A stretch of 64,000 nucleotides of DNA from a virus, in IMG/VR virus record IMGVR_UViG_3300013137_001826, positions 4,668 to 68,667 of that record; one strand, given 5' to 3'. The position numbers were made by a program, and so were the translations under genes. Below, piece by piece: positions 1-9,742 of this stretch; positions within the stretch are counted from its first letter, which is position 1, and each line of letters starts with the position of its first letter. The notes under the pieces were generated by a model. The model did no database searches, had not been told where the DNA came from, and saw only the letters and a program-made list of their open reading frames with translations.

Positions 1-326
1 TCCTTGATGTCCTCTCCTATTTCTTGGATTTGAAAGTACTCTGGAGAGTATATGTCTCCAGTTGAGAACCTCACCTTGACGATGGACCCAACTTTTGGAA
101 TTGATATTGCCCCACCCCTAGCATCTTGACCAAAGAACATCGGTTTTCCGACTGGTACTGCCCACGGAATATGTTCAACTTCCAGATCGTCGAATACTGA
201 AAAGACTCGAACCCTGCATCTGCCCTCGTACTGAGGATCGTCAATGTCTTCGACTTTTCCTAAGTAAGTAGAAACGAATGTTTCTTCTCCTGGTAAACCA
301 GTTATGTCATCTGTTTGGTATTTCAT
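1..326 (-). CDS. Baseplate hub/spike protein, gp5/VgrG OB-fold N-terminus (runs off window)
   Basis: Manual translation MKYQTDD...YLGKVEDIDDPQYEGRCRVRVF...IPWAVP...IPKVGSIVKVRF matches the gp5 OB pattern (DDP..GRxRVR, PWA, P.vG..V). Confidence 0.8.
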   Translation of the reverse strand, partial: MKYQTDDITGLPGEETFVSTYLGKVEDIDDPQYEGRCRVRVFSVFDDLEVEHIPWAVPVGKPMFFGQDARGGAISIPKVGSIVKVRFSTGDIYSPEYFQIQEIGEDIK

Positions 327-338
327 GCTTTATTCTAC

Positions 339-1095
339 TTAGTTTGAATTTTCGGATTCTGGATAAACGTCCCCAATTTCCGAAATTTCTTCTGGTTTTG
401 ATTCGTCAGGATAAACGTCTCCGAGATCTTCAGCTGGTTTTGAAGGTTCTGAATCGGGATAAGCATTTCCTATTTCCGAAGCTTCTACTTCAACTGGATC
501 AGTTGGATACGCATCTCCCATATCGGAAACACTAGGACTTGCTGGTTCTTCTGGATAAACATCGCCTATTTCTGCGATCTGATCGGTTACTGGATCTATT
601 GGATACGCATCTCCCATGTCGGAAACTGCTGGAAGCAACGGGTCGTCCGGATAAACGTCTCCTATGTCGCTAACTGATGGAGTTGCCTGATCAGCATAGA
701 GATCTCCCATGTTGGAAACTTGAGGAGGCGGAGGTTCAGTAGGATAAACGTCACCGATCGTCGAAGTCGGAGGAGCTGGCGGTTCGTCAGGATAAATGTC
801 TCCAATGTTTGATGTTGCCGGATTAGGCGGCTCAGTTGGGTAAATATCGCCGATCGTATTCACCGGCAATCCTGGAGGTTCCGTAGGATAAATGTCCCCA
901 ATATTTTGAACTTCCTGGGTAACTTCGTCCGGATAAAGATCTCCCATGTTAGCTACCGGTGGACCAGGAAGTACGGTTGGGTAAATGTCTTCAATTCCAG
1001 CGATTGGCGGAGTTACGGGTTTATTTGGATACACAGTACCTATTGCGGTAACATCGGCTCCAGCCGGTTGGTCAGGGTAAACATCTTCATTGAGA
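339..1095 (-). repeat. Coding tandem repeat, 15-16 aa period (IGDVYP core)
   Basis: Recurrent GGATAAACGTC/GGATAAATGTC/GGATACGCATC on + strand about every 45-48 nt. Confidence 0.9.
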
Positions 1096-2165
1096 TTGCT
1101 TACCAACGGAGGTCCTACTACCGGATTTCTTCCGGTCAGATTTCCGCTGACATTATTGAAATCCGTCATGAATTCGTTGAACCCGGTGTAAGCATTGCCT
1201 ATCACCTTGGTTTCTACGATAGTTTGTATTTCGTTGAGCACTGACCCCACGATTGCTCCTGGCAATCTCGTAGCAGTTTGCATGAATCTAGTTATGGAAC
1301 TGTTCAACGAGTCTAATGCTCCTGAAAACATTCCCATTTGACGGAACGACTGAGCCTCAGAAAGCGAAACAGGTTCCTGAATGACCCATCCAACGTTTAT
1401 GTTGAACGATGGTGCGAACGATTTTTCTTCCGTCGAAATCTTGTGATCTGACTGGCTTCCTCCCATGAATCCGCTAAAATCGAACTCGCACATCTTGCAT
1501 CTGAATTGAACGATCCTTAGCCCGGAAACGAGATCATTTTCGTCCGTCTTGTAAAACTGCCCGGATCTATCGACAATGTCCCTAATTTCGACCAAATCGA
1601 TTACCATGTCGAACCATCTAAGGTTTTCCGGAACTCGGTAAGACAATCTTTCTTGGTCGTAAATTGCATACCTGTAATTCTCGGCCATTTCGGTGAGTGG
1701 CTGCTTTATCGAATCCATGCAATTAACGATAAGCGCGGTCTTTTGATTTCCCTCTTTCACCCTATGCATCGATTTCCAAAGATCGCCAATTCCCTGAATA
1801 GACTGGAAGTACCATGGAGAATCCTGAACTTGTTTTAGTTTGACTTTGAACTGTTTCAGTGCTAATTGAGGATCCGTTCCTGCTGTGAATGGGTATCCTC
1901 GGTAGTACTCGTTTAACCAGGTTTCCGTCGAATACTCGACCACTTCGTTCTGATTGTTGGGTCGTATTGTCGTATCCCTAGAAACTACTTCTAATGCTGG
2001 GTCCCTCAATAAACTCGAATTGGTTAGACCGTCAAACTGTGGATACTGTTCGGCTGGAGGAAAGAAGTCGATCCTAAACGTTAGGAACACAGGATCTTGA
2101 AAATCATCGACTGATGATTTTATGAATAGGTTGGTCTTCTTAATTTCTTCTATTCCCTTTGCCAT
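339..2165 (-). CDS. Putative virion/baseplate protein with C-terminal acidic Pro-rich tandem repeats
   Basis: 608 aa in the baseplate operon; about 16 (I/M)GD(V/I/A)YP repeats. Confidence 0.6.
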   Translation of the reverse strand: MAKGIEEIKKTNLFIKSSVDDFQDPVFLTFRIDFFPPAEQYPQFDGLTNSSLLRDPALEVVSRDTTIRPNNQNEVVEYSTETWLNEYYRGYPFTAGTDPQLALKQFKVKLKQVQDSPWYFQSIQGIGDLWKSMHRVKEGNQKTALIVNCMDSIKQPLTEMAENYRYAIYDQERLSYRVPENLRWFDMVIDLVEIRDIVDRSGQFYKTDENDLVSGLRIVQFRCKMCEFDFSGFMGGSQSDHKISTEEKSFAPSFNINVGWVIQEPVSLSEAQSFRQMGMFSGALDSLNSSITRFMQTATRLPGAIVGSVLNEIQTIVETKVIGNAYTGFNEFMTDFNNVSGNLTGRNPVVGPPLVSNLNEDVYPDQPAGADVTAIGTVYPNKPVTPPIAGIEDIYPTVLPGPPVANMGDLYPDEVTQEVQNIGDIYPTEPPGLPVNTIGDIYPTEPPNPATSNIGDIYPDEPPAPPTSTIGDVYPTEPPPPQVSNMGDLYADQATPSVSDIGDVYPDDPLLPAVSDMGDAYPIDPVTDQIAEIGDVYPEEPASPSVSDMGDAYPTDPVEVEASEIGNAYPDSEPSKPAEDLGDVYPDESKPEEISEIGDVYPESENSN

Positions 2166-3715
2166 TATACAACGACTTTATTTTCGGCCGTAGGAATCAT
2201 CCAATGCCGCCTCGATAAACAAACGTTCGTTTGGAATTTCCCATCGTAGTAAGAATAATCGACTGACCGTACATAGTAAAAATCGCTCAGCGATTGGTCG
2301 AGCACCATTGCTTGAGGTTTGTTATCTATAGCAGGGATTCCGGTTTTTATCGGATTCAGAATAGGATTATTAGTTCCATCGTCTGCCATGCTATTTGCCA
2401 ATATTGCTGTTTGCTTGCTCATGTAAATATTGACCTTCACCCTATTTCCTCTCATCACGTTCACACTGAATCCAGGAAGAGTGACGTTCAGTATGTTCTT
2501 TTCGGTTTCCAACCAGTTGTGGTGGTTCAATAATTCTGCAAATTTGTACGATGCATGCGCATTGCTGTAGTCTATTCCGCTCCATATTCCAGTCGTAATC
2601 GCTGGGCCATTTCCCATGTCTTCGCTGGACGGATTTGCGAATTCTGGAATAGCTGCAGTTTGCGGGGCCATTCCATCATTCGTGACGGTCGACGTAAGTG
2701 GTTCGGTGAAATACACGCGAAAGTTAACATCGTCCTGTTTTTTGGGATCTCCGTTAGCTCCGTGCTCGTACCAGTAAACGTACTTTCTTATCGCATGGCT
2801 CTTCAGTATGTCACCGTGATTGCTATCGATTGAGAAATCCGAAATGTAGAATTCGGTTTGCACTGCTTCCGGATAATTTGTCAAAATGATCGGTACTTCA
2901 ATCTCTTCGTCCACCTTCTGTTCTGGGTCTTGCCTACGCTTATCGATTATTGTTTGGTCGATAGCTTGCCAGCCCTTATCGATTTCCTTGTCCCTACTGA
3001 ACTGTTTTTCGACATTGACGAAATTCAGTATGTAGTATCGATCGATGAAAATATCGAAGAAATTACTGTCATCACGGTACGAGAATTTTCCAACCTGTTG
3101 CAAGAACGATTTGTACGTGTAATTCGGAAGGATCCAAGTCATCGTATCGTTCATTCCTTCTGGCTGATTATTAGCAAAGCCCAATTGTAATTCTTCAGCT
3201 ACTTTTTGAAGAACTTGTATGGATGACATGTTGGGATAAGCTTTCGAATAATTTCCATGAAGGTATGGAACGTTCAATTCGCCGCTCAGGGTATACATGA
3301 TCGAAGTCGAATTAGGAATCGGCATGGATGAAATCGAAGTTATCAAAAAATCGGCTGCCATGGATTTCAATTTCTTGAGCGGAGATTGAATGAAAACGCT
3401 GACGATAATGTTGGATAGAGGGTATCCCCTAGAAGTGAAAATGTATCCGTTGTCCATCAAAGTTACTGATATTCTCGGAATCAAATCGTCCTGCCATATA
3501 CTTAGGGCCTTTAACGTATGCTTCGTCAGTTTGATCTTCCCTATGTGAACGATAGGTTCCATCATACCGGCTCTCTGCCTAAATCCCGAAACTTCGCCGT
3601 CGAATAGCTTACGATTTGCATCTTTAGCTTTGCTGCTTTCGAAATCGGCGTACTCGATGATAGTCGGTCGTATCTTTGGAGTTGACCGGACTAATATTCT
3701 ATTCTGTTCGGCCAT
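2165..3715 (-). CDS. Putative baseplate hub protein (gp27/late-D-like)
   Basis: 516 aa between gp5-like and gp53-like genes; C-terminal FYYVRSVDYSY...TNVCLSR strand pattern. Confidence 0.45.
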   Translation of the reverse strand: MAEQNRILVRSTPKIRPTIIEYADFESSKAKDANRKLFDGEVSGFRQRAGMMEPIVHIGKIKLTKHTLKALSIWQDDLIPRISVTLMDNGYIFTSRGYPLSNIIVSVFIQSPLKKLKSMAADFLITSISSMPIPNSTSIMYTLSGELNVPYLHGNYSKAYPNMSSIQVLQKVAEELQLGFANNQPEGMNDTMTWILPNYTYKSFLQQVGKFSYRDDSNFFDIFIDRYYILNFVNVEKQFSRDKEIDKGWQAIDQTIIDKRRQDPEQKVDEEIEVPIILTNYPEAVQTEFYISDFSIDSNHGDILKSHAIRKYVYWYEHGANGDPKKQDDVNFRVYFTEPLTSTVTNDGMAPQTAAIPEFANPSSEDMGNGPAITTGIWSGIDYSNAHASYKFAELLNHHNWLETEKNILNVTLPGFSVNVMRGNRVKVNIYMSKQTAILANSMADDGTNNPILNPIKTGIPAIDNKPQAMVLDQSLSDFYYVRSVDYSYYDGKFQTNVCLSRRHWMIPTAENKVVV

Positions 3716-3716
3716 G

Positions 3717-4439
3717 TTATACTAGTTTATTTTTTATCAAAGTTTCTTTGAGTTTCGCTCTGGAAACTGGTTCTGGACAATCTTCTTTCTTCACGTTCGT
3801 AACGTCTGACCCAAATATGATCTTTCCATTGGCCAGTTTAACTCCACTGTCCAATGCTAAGTTAGGCGGAACTGGAGCAGTATTTGCCACCTGGTAAGCA
3901 GAGGTGAGTGGACCAGTCCCGGAATAATTACCTCCCTGAAGAATAGTGGACAACTGTCCGTTGAAACCGGTAAAATTACCACTCTTGAGAAGCATTTCCA
4001 ATTTCGCTAAGTTCCCATTAACTGCATTTCCTCGTTGCAACAAGTAAGCCAATCTAGCTTTGTCCTTTCTTGTTTTAGGAGCAAGGACCAAATTAGCCGA
4101 TTTCTTTCTGGTACCGGTTAATCCAGAAAGACTTGCAACACTACTGAATTTCGCTAGATCTTCGGAGCTTGGGATCCTTAGGATGTCTCCGACGTTTATT
4201 GAAAATGGATTGGAATAACCGTTATATTTCAAAAGGAGGTCAGCATAACTTTGATCCTGGTAGAAGTAATTAGCAATGAGATCTGGCCGCATGGCAGTTT
4301 CTTCCGAAACGACGTATGCTTTTCCAGTGTTCAATCTCACTCCAAGGAACGATACTGCCCTACGGATTAGATCCACGACCACGTCACCGTTTGGTTTGGT
4401 GAAGTACAGTTTATTCGATAATGTCTTTAAGTTAAGCAT
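3717..4439 (-). CDS. Baseplate wedge protein gp53-like (LysM-like)
   Basis: MRPDLIANYFYQD...LLLKYNGYSNPFSINVGDILRIP. Confidence 0.75.
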   Translation of the reverse strand: MLNLKTLSNKLYFTKPNGDVVVDLIRRAVSFLGVRLNTGKAYVVSEETAMRPDLIANYFYQDQSYADLLLKYNGYSNPFSINVGDILRIPSSEDLAKFSSVASLSGLTGTRKKSANLVLAPKTRKDKARLAYLLQRGNAVNGNLAKLEMLLKSGNFTGFNGQLSTILQGGNYSGTGPLTSAYQVANTAPVPPNLALDSGVKLANGKIIFGSDVTNVKKEDCPEPVSRAKLKETLIKNKLV

Positions 4440-4447
4440 TGCTACTG

Positions 4448-6487
4448 TTAGGTTTTATCGGACGCTCTATCGAAGTACAGCCATAGCATCGAATCGTCCA
4501 TTTCTCCAATTTTACTTATGTCGGCTGAAGATTTTCCGCTACCGTCCGCGAAATTGTATCTGTACGCTCTTCTTATTCTACTACGGTACCTTTCGAAAGA
4601 ACTTGCGCCAACTGATTGAGTTATGCTGTCAATTTCGGTTTGTGATAGGCCCTTAGCCATAGCAGACCATTCAGTGTTATTAACTTCACCGAACGTATCG
4701 TTTGCCGAAGAAGGATTACGCATTTTGTTATACATAAGTTTAGCTTCTCCAAGGTTAAACATTCTTTCAATCGAAGCTTTATCCCTAGGTTTTCCTTGTG
4801 CTAATCTTACAGTAAATGTGCAACCCGTCGGAAAATCATCAGGCCCCATTTCTTCATCGAATTTGAGCGAACAATTGCTGCATACTAAATCTCCCATTGT
4901 AAGAATTGGGTTCATTGGATTTCCAACTACTAGATGCCATTCACCGATTGGTCTATCAGACAATGCAGATTTTACCGAAATCAATTTAGGGATTGCATCA
5001 GCTAGCAAAGAAGCAGTACCTGCTTGAATAGTTTTTGTTGCGGCTTCTCCTAATTTGCTCATATCTCCAGTTGTAGCACCCTTAAGAATATCTGCGCTAG
5101 CGTCAACGGTTTGCGACATAGCCTTTTTTACAGCATCAATAATCGGTGACATTTGCTGTATGAAATCTGATAAATTACCATTGAATCTCGTTCCCCAATC
5201 CGTAAGTAATTTTCCTAAAGTTTGAGTCGTTGTTTCATCAAATTTTACTCCAAGTCTAGGAAAATATCTTGCTAGCTGACCAAGAAATTGAGCGTCATTG
5301 TACGTTAGATTCAAGAAGCTCGCAATTAAATCCAGGGCAATTATTTTTGGGCTCAATCCATTGAATGATCTGAATGAATAATGAAAGCTTATTGTGAATG
5401 GATTGCTCCAACCATCTTGCATTCCACGAGCTCTCCTAGTTGAGCTGTTTATCACGTTAACTGGACCGTATATCCTATTCCAATACGGACCTTCTGCCGT
5501 ATACAGTTTCCTTGAGTATTCCTGCAGTCTTGCTTCCTGTTTACTTAATTGCTGAAGCTGGGCATCGTCTCCATTCAATCCAACGTAAATTGATTGAATT
5601 GCTCCTGATAATTTCTCTAGCCCAGGGATTTTATCGAAAACATTCGCAATGTCAGTCAATGTGACTTCGTTACCTTCGATCATTTGTGGTTCGTCGATCG
5701 TCAGTGTTTCCCAACGCATTCCCCAGTTCATCACACCGATGTTTGAAAGAACATTGTCTGTGCCTTCACCGAACCATGTAACAGCTTGAGCAATCGGAAA
5801 TGGATTCTTTTTTCTGGGGGCTCTTAGCAAATCGTCTATTGGAAATGGGTATCGCCTTAGTGTTATGAGGCGGTTGTTCGGAATCTTTCCGTAGTTCTTG
5901 CAGAACATGAAATCCGTCATTGCATAAGGTTGAAAACCAGTAACGCTGTCCATCGATTGAGTCTTTGACCAATCTATTATCGTGCTTGCCGTTGGATTCG
6001 CAAGCGTGGAAGCGTTTTTGATTGCATAACTAGCACGTGATCGTCGATATTGATCTAATAACGAAACATTGTCTCTGATTGCTTGTTTAACACTATCGGT
6101 TGGCAAATTTTTTGCCATTGTAACTTCTAGCGTTTGTTGGTCAATTTTAAGTTGATTCTCTATTCCGGATTCAACAAGATCGTTTAATCTTGCAGTTTCA
6201 TCATGCGGATCAACTTTATTTTTAGAAGCGTAACCGATGAAATGCGCATCTGGCTGATAGATTGCTCCATTGATGAATTTGGAGTACTTGAAGATTGAGA
6301 ACTTGTTAAATATCGAGTCCACATCGGCCGATATTAAGGACCCGCCAGAGGAACTTTTATCCTTCTTGTAGTCTTCGGACAAGTTCAGGACCAAATCTTC
6401 CTTTGGAACTTTAGATAAAGCTTCCAGGTAATTTATTCCGCTGAAAATTTCGCTGACCAGGTAATTGGGTTTATTCACTACGCTCAT
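4448..6487 (-). CDS. Putative virion structural protein (tail tube initiator-like, uncertain)
   Basis: 679 aa; first gene of the baseplate operon, late-promoter-like TAAATAAATA upstream. Confidence 0.45.
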   Translation of the reverse strand: MSVVNKPNYLVSEIFSGINYLEALSKVPKEDLVLNLSEDYKKDKSSSGGSLISADVDSIFNKFSIFKYSKFINGAIYQPDAHFIGYASKNKVDPHDETARLNDLVESGIENQLKIDQQTLEVTMAKNLPTDSVKQAIRDNVSLLDQYRRSRASYAIKNASTLANPTASTIIDWSKTQSMDSVTGFQPYAMTDFMFCKNYGKIPNNRLITLRRYPFPIDDLLRAPRKKNPFPIAQAVTWFGEGTDNVLSNIGVMNWGMRWETLTIDEPQMIEGNEVTLTDIANVFDKIPGLEKLSGAIQSIYVGLNGDDAQLQQLSKQEARLQEYSRKLYTAEGPYWNRIYGPVNVINSSTRRARGMQDGWSNPFTISFHYSFRSFNGLSPKIIALDLIASFLNLTYNDAQFLGQLARYFPRLGVKFDETTTQTLGKLLTDWGTRFNGNLSDFIQQMSPIIDAVKKAMSQTVDASADILKGATTGDMSKLGEAATKTIQAGTASLLADAIPKLISVKSALSDRPIGEWHLVVGNPMNPILTMGDLVCSNCSLKFDEEMGPDDFPTGCTFTVRLAQGKPRDKASIERMFNLGEAKLMYNKMRNPSSANDTFGEVNNTEWSAMAKGLSQTEIDSITQSVGASSFERYRSRIRRAYRYNFADGSGKSSADISKIGEMDDSMLWLYFDRASDKT

Positions 6488-6639
6488 CGAATCGTGTTCC
6501 TATTTTTGGTTATTTATTTACAGACAAACACGAATGACATGGGAAGAGCCATTCACCATCGGATGAATCAGAAACGATTCGATTATTGAAATGAAGTAAC
6601 TAGTGATCGATAGGTTTGGTGTCACCTGGAATCATCCGA

Positions 6640-7374
6640 TCATCTCGTGGAATCAAGATCAGGATTAGGTATAGCTTTCCACCGACGTTCTGCATCCCCG
6701 CCTGTTCCCCTAGCTAACTGTACTGTGATAGCTTTCTGTTTTAGGTAGGTCAAAGCTTCATCGTACTCTCCGTCATTCACCAAGTTCTGAATTTCCGTTC
6801 CGTCCGATTCAGACAATTTTACTCTGTATACGATCGGCCAACGCTGAGGATTAGCTTGAGCTCTCATCTTTAACATTCTGATGATGCTGTTGTACTTCTT
6901 TCTTTCCGAAGTATTCCTTCCCTCTTCGGGAAGAAGTCCAGCTTTGAAGAGAGTGTCAAAATCGACCCAATCGGCCAATGATTCAGGTTCCTCGATGAAA
7001 GAATCGATTCCTAGACAATCGGCCAGACCGAAGTACCATTTTTCCTGTGGAACTGCAATCGATTCGTTGAATGCTGCAAACGATGTTATTGCTTTAGAAT
7101 TATTCACTTTTTCGTAAACTTCGTCTTTTTCGTCTCGTTCACGATACGGTTCCAAATTGTCGCCGTACAGACCGGGAATCACGCTAACGTTTTCGTCGTT
7201 CAATTCTATTGCATTGGCTAACGTGACTTCGTATCGCTTGACGTCTGGTTCGTACCTCGTTGAGTACACCTCGCTAACTTTCGCTTTTGCCCCGGCAATA
7301 GCTTGAAACAGTTCGCTCTTTAATTCTTCGCCGGTCGCTTTTATCTTAACGACATCATCGACATTAAATTCCAT
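6640..7374 (-). CDS. Hypothetical protein (possible internal head protein)
   Basis: 244 aa; ITSFAAFNES motif. Confidence 0.6.
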   Translation of the reverse strand: MEFNVDDVVKIKATGEELKSELFQAIAGAKAKVSEVYSTRYEPDVKRYEVTLANAIELNDENVSVIPGLYGDNLEPYRERDEKDEVYEKVNNSKAITSFAAFNESIAVPQEKWYFGLADCLGIDSFIEEPESLADWVDFDTLFKAGLLPEEGRNTSERKKYNSIIRMLKMRAQANPQRWPIVYRVKLSESDGTEIQNLVNDGEYDEALTYLKQKAITVQLARGTGGDAERRWKAIPNPDLDSTR

Positions 7375-8986
7375 TGTTAGGTCTCTTATTTTCGTTTAGG
7401 AACTGCGAGAAGTTCATTATCGTCATTGAGTCCTCGTAAACGCTACGTTTCTTCTTTTTCTTTTTCTTCTGAGTGTTGAAATCTCCAGAACCGAATTGAT
7501 TTTCGGTGGGAACACGAATCGGTCCAGCACCGCTTATGGATCCTGGAACTTGAATAGAAACACCCGGAGCAGTTCCGCCTCCTTCACCATCCTCAGTTAT
7601 CGGAGAAATTACAGGTTGTTTCTTATTGATGACGCTCGGCCCAGGAATGAACATCCTTGAGATGGCATCCGCTTTCATTTCGCCTTCTCTTCCGCCGAAT
7701 AGTCTGCCTATGAATTTCGCGGCAGTGTTCAGGGTCTTAGCATAGGCTCCATGAGTTTTCTCTCCGAATTCTGACCAAGCTCTCCCAGCCGACGTCATGT
7801 TTGGTTGAGCTGCTGGAAAAGCACGAAGTATTGAAGCTAACCTCTTCCTGAACTTCATTATCAAGCTAGCATCGGCGATCTGCTGACCGGTAACTGGTAG
7901 GTCGGTCAGTTCGTGTAATTTTAGCTTGGTGTTGAACTTGTAATGAATTCCCTTGGCCTTGTCCAAGTTTAGAGACTTATCCTTGGCCCTGTTTATGAGT
8001 TCGTTCACTGTTCTAGCAAGTTCGTCGGTCAAGTACTGAATGACTTCCGGCGAAGAAATGGACTGAAACTTGTAACGAGGTCCTTCCGCTCCACGTAAAC
8101 CGTTGATTTGCTTTTTGATCTGGTCCGCTTCCGCATAGATTTCTTCTTCTGTCGTGAATAGCCGGTACCTCATGTCCATGATCCTTCTTAGAATCACGGC
8201 TTCCTGCTTGTTCCTGAGAGCTTCTTCCTTTACTTGGTTGAATTTTTCTTCTCCAATCTTGTCCTTTATTGTCTGTTCAGCTTTAGCTTTCGCTTGTTTT
8301 TCTCCGGCTTGAACCTCTGATGGGTAAATCTCGATCACCTGATCGGCGATTTCGAACGTATCGATTACCTTTTTTGCACTGTGAATCTTTGCATCTTCCT
8401 GAGTATCAGCATCCTCAATGTGAGCGATTTCAGGTTTAATCTTTTCGCTGAGCACGGTCAAAAAATCCATGTACGTGTTTGCGAATTCGGTTTTCAGGTT
8501 AGTTATGTCTTCCATAACCTCGTTAGCGATCTTGTGAATTTCTTCGTTATCGATGGTTTGGAAAGCCGAATAGATCTTTTCTAGAACTTGAATTCTAGCT
8601 GCTATCCTAGCCTTGGCAACGATTAGTTCTTCAAGGCGATACTCATCGATAGGATCCTTCGACATTATGGTTGAGATCTCGGAATCTATGTCCTCCCGTC
8701 TTTTCTTGCAGTACGCTAAGTACCTCTTGATCTTCGCCTTAGAAAATTCGGTTCCGAGTTCCTTTTCAAGAATCGGTTTCTTAAGGTCCTGAGCAATGTC
8801 AACTATGCCGCGTTCCAATAACTGGTCGATTAGGTAATCCACCTGATTCCAATTGTCGGTGCTTTCACCATTGTCTCCAGTTTTCAAACCGGCCTTGCTT
8901 AGAGCGTCCCCAATTTTGATCAGGGTCGTTTCCAGCAATAAATCTTCAAAGTGTTGAATTCTGTTTATCTTTAGAAACATTCTCAA
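7364..8986 (-). CDS. Hypothetical coiled-coil protein (possible internal head protein)
   Basis: 540 aa; poly-Lys tract; IMNFSQFLNE motif; start may be ATG at 8980. Confidence 0.65.
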   Translation of the reverse strand: MRMFLKINRIQHFEDLLLETTLIKIGDALSKAGLKTGDNGESTDNWNQVDYLIDQLLERGIVDIAQDLKKPILEKELGTEFSKAKIKRYLAYCKKRREDIDSEISTIMSKDPIDEYRLEELIVAKARIAARIQVLEKIYSAFQTIDNEEIHKIANEVMEDITNLKTEFANTYMDFLTVLSEKIKPEIAHIEDADTQEDAKIHSAKKVIDTFEIADQVIEIYPSEVQAGEKQAKAKAEQTIKDKIGEEKFNQVKEEALRNKQEAVILRRIMDMRYRLFTTEEEIYAEADQIKKQINGLRGAEGPRYKFQSISSPEVIQYLTDELARTVNELINRAKDKSLNLDKAKGIHYKFNTKLKLHELTDLPVTGQQIADASLIMKFRKRLASILRAFPAAQPNMTSAGRAWSEFGEKTHGAYAKTLNTAAKFIGRLFGGREGEMKADAISRMFIPGPSVINKKQPVISPITEDGEGGGTAPGVSIQVPGSISGAGPIRVPTENQFGSGDFNTQKKKKKKKRSVYEDSMTIMNFSQFLNENKRPNNGI

Positions 8987-8988
8987 AA

Positions 8989-9456
8989 TTATTTCATTTG
9001 CAATAGGTACTGAACCTTATTCTTGAGGTCGAGCATTTCGTCAACGATGTTGAACAGTTCCGAATCCTTATCCCTATCGAAAATTTGGTAGAACATTTCC
9101 AGCAGTATGCTATCGACGAGCTGCCAGAAAGCGGGTAAAGCAACCTCGTAATCGTAGAGCATGATCGATGCCTGTCCGAATTTTAATTTGTCCTTACCGT
9201 ACTTACCTGCGATTGCTTCGATAAGAGTGTCCATCTGACCGATGAACGTATCATAGAATAAGCCGAAATGCCTGTGCTCCGTGTCGAAACCGGTTTGCAG
9301 GTGAAGGATTTTTGCCTGATCGGCGATTTGGAATAGAGATAGCATAAAAACTGCTACTGTCGATTCCTTTTGATTCTGTGGTTCTGTTACGTCAGGGGCA
9401 TCCTGTTCCAGCTGAGGATCTTCTTCTCCAACTGCTAAAGCTTCGATCTTAAACAT
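8989..9456 (-). CDS. Ferritin/Dps-like four-helix protein
   Basis: QAKILHLQT...EHRHFGLFYDTFIGQMDTLIEAIAGKYG matches the Dps-like H-x-Q-T...H...Y...D.L.E pattern. Confidence 0.7.
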   Translation of the reverse strand: MFKIEALAVGEEDPQLEQDAPDVTEPQNQKESTVAVFMLSLFQIADQAKILHLQTGFDTEHRHFGLFYDTFIGQMDTLIEAIAGKYGKDKLKFGQASIMLYDYEVALPAFWQLVDSILLEMFYQIFDRDKDSELFNIVDEMLDLKNKVQYLLQMK

Positions 9457-9640
9457 TTTTCTGCTTACGAATTTTTTGATTTTTCTCCCATGTTTTGAAC
9501 GGAATCACCCAGAAGTTGCGTTCCACTTTGCTTTTAACGTAGTCGTAAACCGGATTACCCTCAGGATGTTGGAGGACCGCATTCTTTAAGGGTTCCTTAC
9601 CTTCTCGGTATCTTTTAGCGTTTAGGTGAGTCTTTTCCAT
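9449..9640 (-). CDS. Small hypothetical protein
   Basis: 63 aa; ATAAATAA just upstream; coupled to next gene. Confidence 0.6.
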   Translation of the reverse strand: MEKTHLNAKRYREGKEPLKNAVLQHPEGNPVYDYVKSKVERNFWVIPFKTWEKNQKIRKQKNV

Positions 9641-9742
9641 GTCTGGATTATTTATTAGCGGATGCTACCAATAAACCGGTATCAAAACTTTATTTCAAGT
9701 GTTAATAAAATAGATACATAAAACTGTAATAACGCAACGTTA

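Noticed and set aside
339-1095. Regular repeats as a CRISPR array
   Set aside because: Repeats are degenerate at synonymous positions and in frame within a protein; no cas genes
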